Of a stretch of DNA of 64,000 nucleotides, positions 44,507-54,986 are shown piece after piece. Origin of the DNA: an uncultured delta proteobacterium (lineage in GTDB: Bacteria; Myxococcota; Myxococcia; Myxococcales; Myxococcaceae). The position numbers were made by a program, and so were the translations under genes. Each line of letters begins with the position of its first letter. Within the stretch, counting starts at the first letter, position 1. Location: assembly GCA_963771175.1 (NCBI GenBank), contig CAVYSY010000033.1:96001-160000 (forward strand), read 5' to 3'. The notes under the pieces are model-generated. The model had not been told where the DNA came from. It saw nothing but the letters and a program-made list of their open reading frames with translations, and did no database searches.

Positions 44507-45079
44507 CTACCAGCGCAGGACGAAGGTCGTCCGGCCCCGTTCGAGGTCGACGTCCCTCAAGCTGAGGCTCGCCGTCCCGGCGTGATTGGCCACGTCCACG
44601 AGCCCGAGGAGGGTGCTGCCGACCAGCAATGCGGTCGTGCCCGTGCGGTAGGTGCTGGCGGGGAAATCGCGCATCGTCAGGTGCGCGCATCGCTCGTCCA
44701 CGCATGTGTACGTGAGCTCGCCCGAGTCGCGCACGATGGATTCGCGCCCCCGCGGGGCGAACTTCAAGAGGGAATGCGGCGACAGCCCGGAGATGCGGAT
44801 CATCGCCTCGAGCGCCGCCTGGAACAGCGGTGTCTTGATCAGCCGGCGTCCGACCTTCCGGAACAGCGCCTGAAACGCCTCATCGCCCAGTTCGGCGCGC
44901 GTCGCTTCGGTGAGGGCGTTGTACGTCTCCTCGTCGAGCCACATGACGGGCAGCGCCTGTTCGATGTGCGTCCACGCCGGCCCGGTCCGGGCGCGGATGG
45001 CCGCGGTGACGTTGGGCGGCAGCGCCCTGAGCTCATCCATGATGTTGTGCGCGAAGCTGGCCTTGGTCTGAGGGCTCAT
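44507..45079 (-). CDS. Hypothetical protein (myxobacterial DUF2378/V4R-like fold suspected)
   Basis: 190-aa ORF MSPQTKASF..FVLRW with coding-like codon usage. Confidence 0.6.
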   Translation of the reverse strand: MSPQTKASFAHNIMDELRALPPNVTAAIRARTGPAWTHIEQALPVMWLDEETYNALTEATRAELGDEAFQALFRKVGRRLIKTPLFQAALEAMIRISGLSPHSLLKFAPRGRESIVRDSGELTYTCVDERCAHLTMRDFPASTYRTGTTALLVGSTLLGLVDVANHAGTASLSLRDVDLERGRTTFVLRW

Positions 45080-45409
45080 CGTTCCGCTCACCAGCCTGAC
45101 AGATTCGTTATGGCAAGTGCAGGGGGGGGAAGAGAGGCGGCGAACGTATAGAGGAGATGAAGCGGCCGGGCGGCCACGGGCGTGGAGGCCCAGTGGATTT
45201 TGAGCTTGCGGCCCTACCGGAAACGTTGGCGGCATCACCCTACTATCCACGTAACCGGGGCAAGCCCAGTAGCCCCGCGACAGTCTACGTGTTCCTCGCA
45301 AAGCAGGCTCTCTCATCGAGCTTGCTGTCGCCGATGATCAATCGGCAATCGGATTCGGGCGCCTTGAAATTCAGCGCCCGACCGCCATCAGAAGAACCTG
45401 AAGCAGGGC

Positions 45410-46187
45410 TCAACGCCTGTCTTCACTTCGTCGCCGAGGGAGGGGCACGGTTTCCGGGCAGTCCTCACGAAAAGCTATCGAAGTGGCTGATTGAGCACCG
45501 GGGCACCTGTAATTGCACTGCCACTCTTTGAGACCATCTTTTCGCACCCAGGAGTTCTTCGTGGTAAGCTGGCAAACACCCGGTTTTTCGAGTAAGCGGA
45601 TGGCCCTTTCCATCCCCGCGCGAAGTGACTTGTCCTGTTCCTGCTCCCAAGCCCGCTTCAGGAAGGGAATAGCTCCCGGATTACCGGTGCCCAGCATGAG
45701 ATACATCACCTCGTAGCGGAATTCCAAATTCCCCTCGATCAGCAATTTCTCTCCCATGACCCGGAGGGCCTCCTCTCTGAGAGGAGACCTTCTCCAGCTG
45801 TTTGAGCGCTTCAGCCACGGCATCCGGAGGCACACCTACATCCAACGCCAGTGCTCGCAGAACTGGAACGGAAGATGCCCCCTCCACGGCCGCGAATCCC
45901 TCGATGGCGGCAGCGAGTTCGAGCGCTTGGACGTAATCGGTGGTGTGTCGGTATTGCTCGATGACCTTGCGATAGAGCGGAAGCGCTTCACGCCCATGCT
46001 TCCGGATGAACCGCTCGACCGCCCCCTCGTCCGCGGTTTCTGGCAGATCCAGATACTTCGGCTGGCGTGCCTGCACCATCTGGGAGAACTCTCTCTTCAG
46101 ACAAGCAGTCCAGGAGAGAGCCAGCCCCAAGAGCAAGCCCAGTCGCACCGCTCCCCTGACGCTCCTTCGTGCCCATGCGCTCGACAT
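45410..46187 (-). CDS. HEAT-repeat lipoprotein with Cys-rich C-terminus, paralog 1 (frameshift ~45780)
   Basis: LSWTAC lipobox; GNPGAIPFLKRA HEAT-like; VCQL..CNYRCP..DCP; lower GC. Confidence 0.7.
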
Positions 46188-46364
46188 TCAGCCCCCTCTG
46201 GTATTCACCGGTGTTCATGAATCGTGACCTGCGCGCGCGAATGGAGGCCATGCTCGCCGCCGCGGCAGCGGTCGGAGGGTAGCTCGCCCAGGAACCGACA
46301 CGATCCTCGGTCTATCGGCCGCGCATCACAAGGGACGCCTGTGGACTCCTCCAAGGGGTCACCC

Positions 46365-47252
46365 ATGGAGCAATCGATGCAGACCCAGGCAAGGCGCTTG
46401 GTATCCCCCGAGCCAGAGTCCTCCGCGAGTCCAGTCCTGGCCGAATGCCCGCAACTGGAAGCCCTGACGGTGGAGTCGCTCATCGTGCCGATATTGCAGG
46501 CGCAGATCGAGGCGATCTGGCCGCAGGAAGTGGACCTCCTCCTGCGTTACCCGCTGCCCGCGCAGCCTGCCCTCCTCGACGTGGGCTGCGGCACGGGCGA
46601 GTTCATGGCCAGGCTCGCGGCGCTCTGGCCGGAGGCTCGCATCACGGGATTGGATCTCGCGCCCACGCTGCTGGACATCGCCCAGCGCCGCACCGCCTCC
46701 TCTGACCGCATCACCTACCGCCAGGGGAACGGGGCCCACCTGCCCTTCGAGGATGACTCGCTCGATGGCGTGTTCTGCCGGCACGTCTTGCAAGCCGTCA
46801 GCAGGCCCGAGCTCATCCTCGACGAGATGATCCGCGTCCTGAAGCCGGGCGGTGTGCTCCACCTCCTCGCGGAGGACTACGGCATGATCTACAGCTCCCG
46901 AGGCGACCCGGACCTGGACAGGCTGTGGCGGGAGGGCTGGATCGCAGCCGGAGAGAACAGCGGGATCGACCTGCGCATTGGCCGGAAGGTTCCCTCGATG
47001 CTCCTACACAGGCGGATGCGAGATGTCCGGATGAACTTCGCCCAGGTCGATTCCCTGCGCGTGAATCGGAGCACCCTCCGGAGGCTCTTCCAGCACTGGA
47101 AGGACTTCGCCAACGAATGGGTGGTCAAGAACTCCAGCCTGCCAGCGAAGGAGCTGAACGCACTCCATGATGACCTACTCGCCACGCTCGACACTCCCAA
47201 CGAGCAGGTCCTCTGGATGGTGCCCCTCATCTCCGCGGTGAAGCCCACGTGA
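46365..47252 (+). CDS. Class I SAM-dependent methyltransferase
   Basis: LLDVGCGTG, LPFEDDSLD, RVLKPGG. Confidence 0.9.
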   Translation: MEQSMQTQARRLVSPEPESSASPVLAECPQLEALTVESLIVPILQAQIEAIWPQEVDLLLRYPLPAQPALLDVGCGTGEFMARLAALWPEARITGLDLAPTLLDIAQRRTASSDRITYRQGNGAHLPFEDDSLDGVFCRHVLQAVSRPELILDEMIRVLKPGGVLHLLAEDYGMIYSSRGDPDLDRLWREGWIAAGENSGIDLRIGRKVPSMLLHRRMRDVRMNFAQVDSLRVNRSTLRRLFQHWKDFANEWVVKNSSLPAKELNALHDDLLATLDTPNEQVLWMVPLISAVKPT

Positions 47253-47284
47253 GTGAGGCTGTCACGGCGGAGTCGGACCTCCAC

Positions 47285-48269
47285 TCAGGGGGCGACGGAT
47301 GGGCCCTCGGCCCCGGACTGCTCGACACGCACCCGGGAGAAGTGGCGCACCGAGAGGATGGCGAGCACCACCAGTCCCGGGAAGAAGAGCAAGGAGCCCA
47401 CTTCACCGCCATCGGCGATGAACAGGAACCAGAACGTCAGTCCACCCGAGAGCCACAGTGGCAAGGAGCGAGGCACGGCCTGGCGCGTGCCGCCCCACAG
47501 CAGGACGAGCACGAGCAGGAACAACGCCACTGCGGCGAACGACGCGAGCGTCTGGTTCTGGCCCGCCACCTCGTAGCTGAAGCGGGTGACGGCGAGCGGG
47601 TTGTACTCGTTCTTGATGGTGCCCGCGAAGCGCTGGTCGGCGAGCACGTTGGTGTCCTGGCTGATGTAGCGGGACGACCACCCACCGAACTCGCGGCTCG
47701 CGCTCGTCCAGGGCAGCAGGAGTGAGAGCAGACACACGCCCGCCGCGCCCAGCACCAGCAGGAGCCGACCGCGCGGAACGGGAGGAGGCAGCCAGCCGGC
47801 GGACCTGCTCGACACCCAGGAGGACGGCGGCGGCGAGCCACAGTGGAGGCACCAACCCGCAGCCGAGCTGCAGCGCCGCATGCGCGCAGGTGAGCACGGT
47901 GAAGAGCAGAGGCACGAGCGGGTGCCGCGTCACCGAGGGAAGGCGATCCACCACCGGCCACCCGGGCTGTCCGGCCGCACGCCGCTCCTCGGCGAGGACC
48001 AGCACGGCACCGACCAACATCACCAGCGACCAGAGAAAGCCGATGCCCGTCACGGGCGGAATGACTGAAAGCCCGATGGCGAGGATGACCAGCAGGGCCC
48101 CGATCTGCGTCCACGAGCGACGCGGATGGGCGGAGGTGGACTGAGCAGGCTCGGCTGAAGCGGGCCAGGAGGCCTCTTTCGCCGACGGCATGAGTCGCCC
48201 ACCGCAGGAGGGACAGAAGGAGCGGAGGCTCCCGGAAGGGAGAGCCTGGCCACAGTGAGGGCAGGACAT
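47285..48269 (-). CDS. Zinc-ribbon membrane protein, frameshift ~47780
   Basis: CPHCG..FCPSCG followed by multiple TM segments across two frames. Confidence 0.65.
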
Positions 48270-48338
48270 GGGCCCCACTATAGCCACAGTGAAAGAAGAG
48301 GACCCGATGCATTGCCCAGGGACCTGGAGCCAGGGGGC

Positions 48339-49127
48339 TCAAGGCACCTTCTTCTTCACCCGGCGGCGGGGAAGGGGCTCAGTATCAGGACATTCTTCAC
48401 GTAATGACATTGCGTAGCCGGGTTGAGGGCCAGGGCACTCATAATTGCACCACCACTCGTCGCCATTCTTTGAATAAATCCCAAACGCCTTATCGCTAAG
48501 CTGACAAACATCTGGCTTTTGGAGCAGGCGAAGAACCCGCTCCATGCCCACACGAAGCGATTTATCCTGTTCCCTCGCCAAAGCCTGCGTAAGAAAGGGA
48601 ATAGCGCCCGGATTGCCGGTTTCCCTCATGAGAGAAACGATTCGGCGGCGACCGTTCACATCTTCTTCAGCCAGCAATCTCTCCCCCATAATCAGGATGG
48701 CATCGTCCCGAGAAAGATTCTCCAATTGCTCGAACACTGCTTCCATTGCGACTGCAGGCACACGTACATCCAGAGCCAACTCCCTTAGAACCGGCAGAGA
48801 AGAAGCCCCCTCCACAGCCGCGTATCCTTCGATGGCGGCAACGAGTTCGAGCAGTTCGATGGAGTCAGCGGTGTGCGCGAACTGCTCGATGATCTTGCGA
48901 TAGAGCGGAAGAGCCTCACGACCATGCCTCTGGATGAATCGCTCAACCGCTGCCTCATCCTCCACGACTGGCATATCCTCCAGCGTAGGCTGTCGTGCCT
49001 GCACTGCCCGAGAGAACTCTTTCTTCAGCGGCTGAACTGGCTGACAAGCGCTCCAGGAGAGCGTCAGGCCCAGGCACAGAAGCCGCCACACCCAGCCCAC
49101 GCCTCTCGTATGGACCCGTATCAGCAC
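48339..49127 (-). CDS. HEAT-repeat lipoprotein with Cys-rich C-terminus, paralog 2 (start uncertain)
   Basis: LSWSAC lipobox; clear similarity to 45410-46187; lower GC. Confidence 0.75.
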   Translation of the reverse strand: MLIRVHTRGVGWVWRLLCLGLTLSWSACQPVQPLKKEFSRAVQARQPTLEDMPVVEDEAAVERFIQRHGREALPLYRKIIEQFAHTADSIELLELVAAIEGYAAVEGASSLPVLRELALDVRVPAVAMEAVFEQLENLSRDDAILIMGERLLAEEDVNGRRRIVSLMRETGNPGAIPFLTQALAREQDKSLRVGMERVLRLLQKPDVCQLSDKAFGIYSKNGDEWWCNYECPGPQPGYAMSLREECPDTEPLPRRRVKKKVP

Positions 49128-49161
49128 CAGTCCCCCTGTCGTCGGACTTCAACCCTCTGAC

Positions 49162-49953
49162 TCAGCTCTCGCTCGACAGTCCCGGCAGCCGCGCCTTCAG
49201 CGAGGGCAGCACCACGCGGTCGTCCATCATCCGCTGGTCGAACACGAAGCTCTCCGTGGGCTCCACCTGCCATCGGCCGCCGTGCCGCTCGTTCAGCGCG
49301 CGGACGATCTCGTAGTAGGTCCACCGCTCGTTCGCATCGAGCATGTAGAGCCCCGGCTCCGCCCACGCGAGCGCCAGCAGCGCCCTCACGGTGTCATCGA
49401 GGAAGGAGCACGCTGGATACCACCGGGTGCTCGCCTCCACCCGGCCCCGCTCGCGCATCTGCGCCTCCAGCGAGGCCAACATGTTGTTGCCCGAGGGCTG
49501 GTCGTCGATCTGCCACCCCAGCCGCACCACGCGCGCCTCGGGGTTCTGGTGGAAGACCCGCTCCTCCGCGCGCCGCTTCTCGTACCCGTAGCCCGCGGGC
49601 GCCTCCGGCTCCGAGTCCACCGTGAAGGGCCCGGGCGCAGCGTTCGAGAACACCATCGCCGTGCTGGAGAAAACGAATCGCACGCCCTGCTGCCGGGTGA
49701 TCCACGCCAGCTCGCTGGTCCACTCGTAGTTGATGAGCCACGACTCGTTGGCCCGACCCGTGGGCCGTGACGCGGTGGCCAGGTGGAACAGCACGTCGGG
49801 TGCCACCGAGCGGACGAAGCCCTCCATCGCCCAGTAGTCATCCACCGGCACACTGTTGCGATCCCAGCAGGCCACCTCGACACCGTGGCGCCGGAGGTAC
49901 TCGCACAGTCGGGCGCCAATCGTGCCGTTCGCACCCGTGACGATGGCTCTCAT
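49162..49953 (-). CDS. RmlD-like SDR / sugar-nucleotide-binding oxidoreductase
   Basis: MRAIVTGANGTIG, SSTAMVF, YGYEK (YxxxK). Confidence 0.82.
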   Translation of the reverse strand: MRAIVTGANGTIGARLCEYLRRHGVEVACWDRNSVPVDDYWAMEGFVRSVAPDVLFHLATASRPTGRANESWLINYEWTSELAWITRQQGVRFVFSSTAMVFSNAAPGPFTVDSEPEAPAGYGYEKRRAEERVFHQNPEARVVRLGWQIDDQPSGNNMLASLEAQMRERGRVEASTRWYPACSFLDDTVRALLALAWAEPGLYMLDANERWTYYEIVRALNERHGGRWQVEPTESFVFDQRMMDDRVVLPSLKARLPGLSSES

Positions 49954-49987
49954 TTCCGTGTCTCCACTCGTCCCGGCACCGCGCTCC

Positions 49988-51025
49988 CTATTGCGTCTTC
50001 CGCCCCTTGTGCGTCCGCGGGAGCGCGTGGTGGATGAGTCCCAGGTAGTCCACCGCCTGCACCGGCGGCGGCGGCGGCGGCGTCCCCAGCGCGGCGAGCC
50101 GCTTGGTGAACGCCGAGATGATGTCCGGCATCGGCCGCAGCGCCTGGATGAGCGCGTTGGGCCCCTCCAGCGCCTGCAGCAGCGCCGCCGCGGCCTGCTG
50201 CAGCGGAAAGCCCCGGCGCAGCAGATCCTGGAGCGAGTTCGACAGCGTGATGATGTTGTGCCCCGCCGTCTGCACCATCTCCACGGCGATCTTGATGACC
50301 TGCGGCGCCGACAGGTGGCCATCGGCCATCAGCACGAGCGCGGCCTGGAAGTAGTTGAAGATGGGCACCACGCGCGGGCCGTAGTTCGAGAAGTGCGCCG
50401 GCGGCGTCAGCTTGTCCAGGTGGATGAAGATGCGCCGCACCGGGTCCGACACCGGAATCTTCTTCCACGCGGACAGCACCCGCTCGGCCTCGTCCGGGTA
50501 CACCCCGGCCGTGTCGAGGATCTGCTTCAGCACCCGCTCGTCCACGCGCCCGGCGATCATGTCCGCGAAGAGCGAGTAGATGAAGGCGTCCGCCTCGGCA
50601 TCATCGCCGAAGAGCACCTCCTCGGACTCCACGGGCGCGTTGGCGCGGCTCTCCAGGATGGCGGGCAGCTTGTAGCCGACCTGCCCGCGCAGCGCCCGGA
50701 AGCGCCCGCGCATCAGGTTGCCCACGTTGTCCTTGAGGACGAACTCGTCCCACACCACCCCGTCCAGCTTGAGCTTCTCCTCCAGCACCGAGCGCATCTG
50801 CTTGGGGCTGCCGGAGACGATGCACAGCCGCGTGTCCCCGTTGGCCGCCAGCTCGCGGATGAGCGCGGACGCACCGGGCACCGCCTGCTTCTCGTGCGCC
50901 TTCTGGAAGGCCGTCCGCAGCAGGTCCCGCAGCGAGTCGAACTCCGTCTGCAGGTACGTCTTGTCCAGGTCCCAGCGGTAGATGCGTCGCGGGGGCCTGG
51001 GATCGATGCGATCCGGCAGGCTCAC
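49988..51025 (-). CDS. HAD-superfamily protein, App1/lipin-like phosphatidate phosphatase domain
   Basis: WDLDKT (DxDxT), IVSGSP, FGDDAEAD; GTGA overlap with plsX. Confidence 0.65.
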   Translation of the reverse strand: MSLPDRIDPRPPRRIYRWDLDKTYLQTEFDSLRDLLRTAFQKAHEKQAVPGASALIRELAANGDTRLCIVSGSPKQMRSVLEEKLKLDGVVWDEFVLKDNVGNLMRGRFRALRGQVGYKLPAILESRANAPVESEEVLFGDDAEADAFIYSLFADMIAGRVDERVLKQILDTAGVYPDEAERVLSAWKKIPVSDPVRRIFIHLDKLTPPAHFSNYGPRVVPIFNYFQAALVLMADGHLSAPQVIKIAVEMVQTAGHNIITLSNSLQDLLRRGFPLQQAAAALLQALEGPNALIQALRPMPDIISAFTKRLAALGTPPPPPPVQAVDYLGLIHHALPRTHKGRKTQ

Positions 51026-52050
51026 CGCGCCAGACCCTGCTGGATGGCATTGCCGAGGTCGTGCGCCACCGCCTTGGCGGCCACCTTCCCGGCATTGGCG
51101 ATGGCCCTCGCCTTGGAGCGGCCGTGGGCCTTGATGAAGATGCGATCGAACCCGAGCACCGGTGCTCCCCCGTACTGCTCCCAGTCGGTGATGTCCTTGA
51201 TGCGCTGGATGCCACCGGACAGCATGGCGATCCCCGCGCGCCAGCGCAGGCTCTCCTTGTACGCGTACTGGGCCAGCTCCACCACCGTGTCGTGCACGCC
51301 CTCGAGCATCTTCAAGCACACGTTGCCGACGAAGCCGTCCGTCACCACCACGTCCGCCGTACCCTTGGGGATGTCCACGCCCTCCACGTTCCCGATGAAC
51401 TGGAGCCCCGGCATGCTCACGAGCTTCTCGTGGGCCTCCACCACCTGGCGCGGTCCCTTGTTGGGCTCGGTGCCGTTGGACAGCAGCGCCACCCGGGGGT
51501 TGTCGTTCTTGGAGATGATGCGCGCGTACGCCGCCCCCATCACCGCGAACGTCATCAGGTCCTCCGCGGTGGCCTCCACCGTGGCCCCCACGTCGAGGAT
51601 GAGCGAGAACGGATCCTCGTTCACCCCGCGCCGGGCCCGCGTGGGGTACACGGCCGCCAGGGCCGCGCGCCGCACGCCCGGCAGGAGCTGGAAGTGCCGC
51701 GCGCACGAGAGCACGCAGGCTCCCGTGTTGCCGGCGGACACCAGCGCGTCCGCCTCGCCCTCGGCCACGAGCCGCGCCGCCACCGACACCGACGCGTCAT
51801 GCTTGCGCGCCAGGGCCTCGCCGGGCTTCTCGTCCATGCCGACGAACTCGGAGGCATGCTGCACCGAGATGCGCTCGCCGTTGTGCTTCGTCTCGGCGAG
51901 CGCGTCGTCGATGACGGCCCTGTCCCCCACCAGCAGGGTGTGGATGTGCGGTGATTCCAACGAGAGCTGCGCGGCCCCCCTGATTACCTCCGCGGGGCCG
52001 TGGTCGCTCCCCATCACGTCGAACGCAATGGTGATGAGCTTGGTGGCCAT
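51022..52050 (-). CDS. plsX: Phosphate acyltransferase PlsX
   Basis: IAFDVMGSD, SAGNTGA, LDVGAT, GNVEG, VVTDGFVGNV, GGAPVLG, KAHGRS. Confidence 0.92.
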   Translation of the reverse strand: MATKLITIAFDVMGSDHGPAEVIRGAAQLSLESPHIHTLLVGDRAVIDDALAETKHNGERISVQHASEFVGMDEKPGEALARKHDASVSVAARLVAEGEADALVSAGNTGACVLSCARHFQLLPGVRRAALAAVYPTRARRGVNEDPFSLILDVGATVEATAEDLMTFAVMGAAYARIISKNDNPRVALLSNGTEPNKGPRQVVEAHEKLVSMPGLQFIGNVEGVDIPKGTADVVVTDGFVGNVCLKMLEGVHDTVVELAQYAYKESLRWRAGIAMLSGGIQRIKDITDWEQYGGAPVLGFDRIFIKAHGRSKARAIANAGKVAAKAVAHDLGNAIQQGLAR

Positions 52051-52136
52051 GACGGAACCATCCTACAGGTTTATGAAATGCGAGGGGGCCGGACCCACGT
52101 GGATCCAGCCCCCGGTGAACGAACCAACAGACAGTC

Positions 52137-54174
52137 TCAGTTGTTCTCGCTCGCCTGGATCGTCCGGTTGGCGGTGTCGCGCTGGATGCAGCCCTTGGTG
52201 AGCGTGTACTGGTAGGTGCCCAGCTCGTCGCGCCAGTACTCGCCCTCGTACGGCCAGTAGAGCTGGTCATCCGCCACGGCGACCGAGTACTTGTACTTCT
52301 TGACGACGGAGACCTGGCCGCCCGCCTTGAGCTGCTCCTCGAGGAAGTCCTTCTCCTTGGAGACCGTCTCGAACTTGATGCGCAGGCCGTTGGCCAGGAG
52401 CTGCTTGAGGGCCGCGAGCTCCGTCTCCAGCTTGCCCTTGGCCATGATGCCGGCCTTGTCGATGAGGCTGGTGCGCTGCTGCTTCAGGCCGTCCAGGAGC
52501 TGCTTGGACAGCTCGGAGTAGCGGAAGGTGTCGGCCTTCTCGGAGAAGGCGTCCATCTCGCCCTCCAGCTCGAGGATGGACTCGTTCGTCTTCTTCAGGT
52601 CCTGATCCGTGAGGGCGAGGCGGAGGATGCGCTCGAGGATGACGTCCGTCTCGGCCTTCTCCAGGCCCTCCTTGTTCTTCTTCTGCACGTCGGCGAGCAC
52701 GCCGTAGTACTCGCTGGCCGCGAGCTCCTTCTTCGTAATCAGCTCGAGCTGATCATGAACGGGCAGGTAGGTGCGCTCGAAGTCCTGGAGGATGAGGCTG
52801 GACTCGCGGTAGCGGCAGTTCTCGTAATAGATGACCGCCTTGAGGATGAGCGCCTCGGGGAAGTACTCCTCACGGAAGAAGGGCGAGGACAGGGTGATGA
52901 GGTTGCCGAGCGCCTGCTCGTACTGGCCCACGCGGTAGTTGGCCCAGCTCGACTCGAACATGGACTCCAGCCACTGCGAGGTGCCGCGCTCCACCTTGTT
53001 GAAGTAGAAGAGCGCGTAGCGGTTCTGCTGCATGCCGTAGTGGGTGCGGGCCAGCTGCATGAAGGCCAGCTCGCGCAGCTTCTGGTTCACCGCGGCCTGC
53101 TCGGCGTCCAGGCCCCCCGAGGTGCGGGTGACGCGGACGATCTCCTTCATGGCCTCGATGGCGCCCACGGTGTTGATGTCCGTGCGCTTCGCGGCGGCGC
53201 TCGTGGCCCGGTTGCCGGAGCGGAAGAAGGACAGGCCCTCGAGGTACTTGGCGCGAGCGTAGAAGACGTCCGTCTTCGGGATGAGCAGCGTGAGCCGCTT
53301 CACCTCGTTGAAGCTCTTGTCCGCGTCCTCCTGACGGCCCACCTGGTCCAGCGCCTTGCCACGCACGAAGTGGTAGCGGGCCAGCAGGTAGTGGAACTCG
53401 GTGCGGAAGCGCTCGGGGAACTCCTGGTTCGCGTACTTGGCGATCTCATCCAGGATGACGGTCTCGTTCTTCGTCTTGCGGCTGATGAAGAAGAGCCACT
53501 CGAGGCTGGTGCGGAAGAACTTCGTCTCCGGACCGACGGCGAGGATCTTCGAGAACTCACCCAGCGACGAGTGGTACAGGCCCATGCGGTAGAGGGCCTT
53601 GGCCAGCACGTAGCGAGCCTCCAGGTGGAGGCCGGCGAGCTTGGCGTCCTGGAGCATCTCGAAGGAGCTCATCGCCGCCTTCTCGTACTCCTCGTTCTTG
53701 AAGAGCGGAGATGGCCACGTCCAGGCGCTGGCGATCACCGCTCTTGCCGGACACGTCCACCGCGTCGAAGGACATGGTGGGCGCGGCCTTGGGCGCGCTG
53801 GGGGTCTCCGCCGTCAGATCCAACCCCATGCCCATGGAGGGGGTGGACTCCGGCTGGGACGCCGGGGCGGCGGGAGTGCTCGCCGCCGTCCCCGTGTCGG
53901 CCGGGGTGGTGGCGGGAATGGTCGTGGGGAGAATGGAAGAAGAGCTCGCGTCCGCGCCCGCGGGGGCCTCGGTCGAGTCCTCGGACTCGTCCTCGACGGG
54001 CTGGGCGGCCGTGGGCTTCTTGCCACGCGACGGCTTGCGGGTGGGCTTCTTCTTCTTCTTCTTGGACGGCTGGGAGATGTCCAGACCCTCGAAGCTCTGG
54101 GCGGGCGAGGGGTTCGCCCACGCCAGCGTGAGCCCGAGGACGGAGAGGCAGAGCGGCCGGAGCAGACGTTTCAT
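52137..54174 (-). CDS. gltC: Gliding motility TPR protein GltC, frameshift ~53710
   Basis: Signal peptide, low-complexity linker, TPRs, C-terminal YWPYEGEYWRDELG; cluster position. Confidence 0.85.
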
Positions 54175-54986
54175 GACTCAGGGTGGACGGTAGGGAAGAA
54201 GAAGGAGACACCCAGCTCGAACAGGAGCTGGTTGCGGAGCATCTGGGACGGATTCACGGCCTTCTCGACGTAGATGAGGTCGCGGAACTCGGTGCGAACC
54301 GTCATCCAGCGATTGACGAAGAAGCGCATGCCCACGCCGACGTTGCCGCCCATGGTGAGCTGCGCAGACTGGTCGGGCCCGCGGTACTGCACCGCGGTGG
54401 CGCCGCCGACGCCGTACAGGTCGAAGTGGAGGAACTGCTCGGCCAGCAGGGAGATCTTCCCGTAGATGGGGGCCCACTGGACGTCCAGTCCGCCGATCAG
54501 CCGGATCTCCCCGGGCGCCGAGCGCGCGCGCAGCTCCTCGACGGTGGGCAGGCGGCAACCGCGGGTGGTGCTCCCGCCCGTGCCCTCGGTGAAGGTGCAG
54601 ATCTGCGCCGTCCCGGACACCGTGGGGATGGAGTAGCCGGCGCGCAGGCTCACGCCCAGCGTCTCGAAGGGGTGGTAGGTGAGCGTGCCCCCGAAGATGT
54701 ACTTCGAGAAGAAGGCATCCGTGAGGGACAGGGTGGCCGAGGGGCTGAACTCGAAGCGGCCCTTCTTGAGGAAGAGGTGGCCGGAGACGGGATGCACGCG
54801 CTCGCGCAGGGGCCCGAGGCGATCCTTGTCCACCTCGGACACGTCACCGGCCTCCTGCTCGGAGCCACCGGAGGTGGAGGGAGCGGGCTTCGCGGCGGGC
54901 GCGGGCGCGGGCGCCGACTCCTGGGCCAGGGCCAGCGCGGGCACCAGACAGAGCGCGAGCAACAGGCGACGGGCGGCGGTCTTCAT
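54171..54986 (-). CDS. gltA: Gliding motility outer-membrane beta-barrel GltA
   Basis: LKKGRFE, WAPIYGK, HFDLY, ELGVSFFFP; A vs B assigned from remembered M. xanthus gene order. Confidence 0.75.
   Translation of the reverse strand: MKTAARRLLLALCLVPALALAQESAPAPAPAAKPAPSTSGGSEQEAGDVSEVDKDRLGPLRERVHPVSGHLFLKKGRFEFSPSATLSLTDAFFSKYIFGGTLTYHPFETLGVSLRAGYSIPTVSGTAQICTFTEGTGGSTTRGCRLPTVEELRARSAPGEIRLIGGLDVQWAPIYGKISLLAEQFLHFDLYGVGGATAVQYRGPDQSAQLTMGGNVGVGMRFFVNRWMTVRTEFRDLIYVEKAVNPSQMLRNQLLFELGVSFFFPTVHPES

Noticed and set aside
45080..45409. AT-richer intergenic stretch as tRNA/ncRNA or att site
   Set aside because: No cloverleaf or T-loop signature; only a terminator-like hairpin TCGGGCGC..GCGCCCGA near 45355-45381
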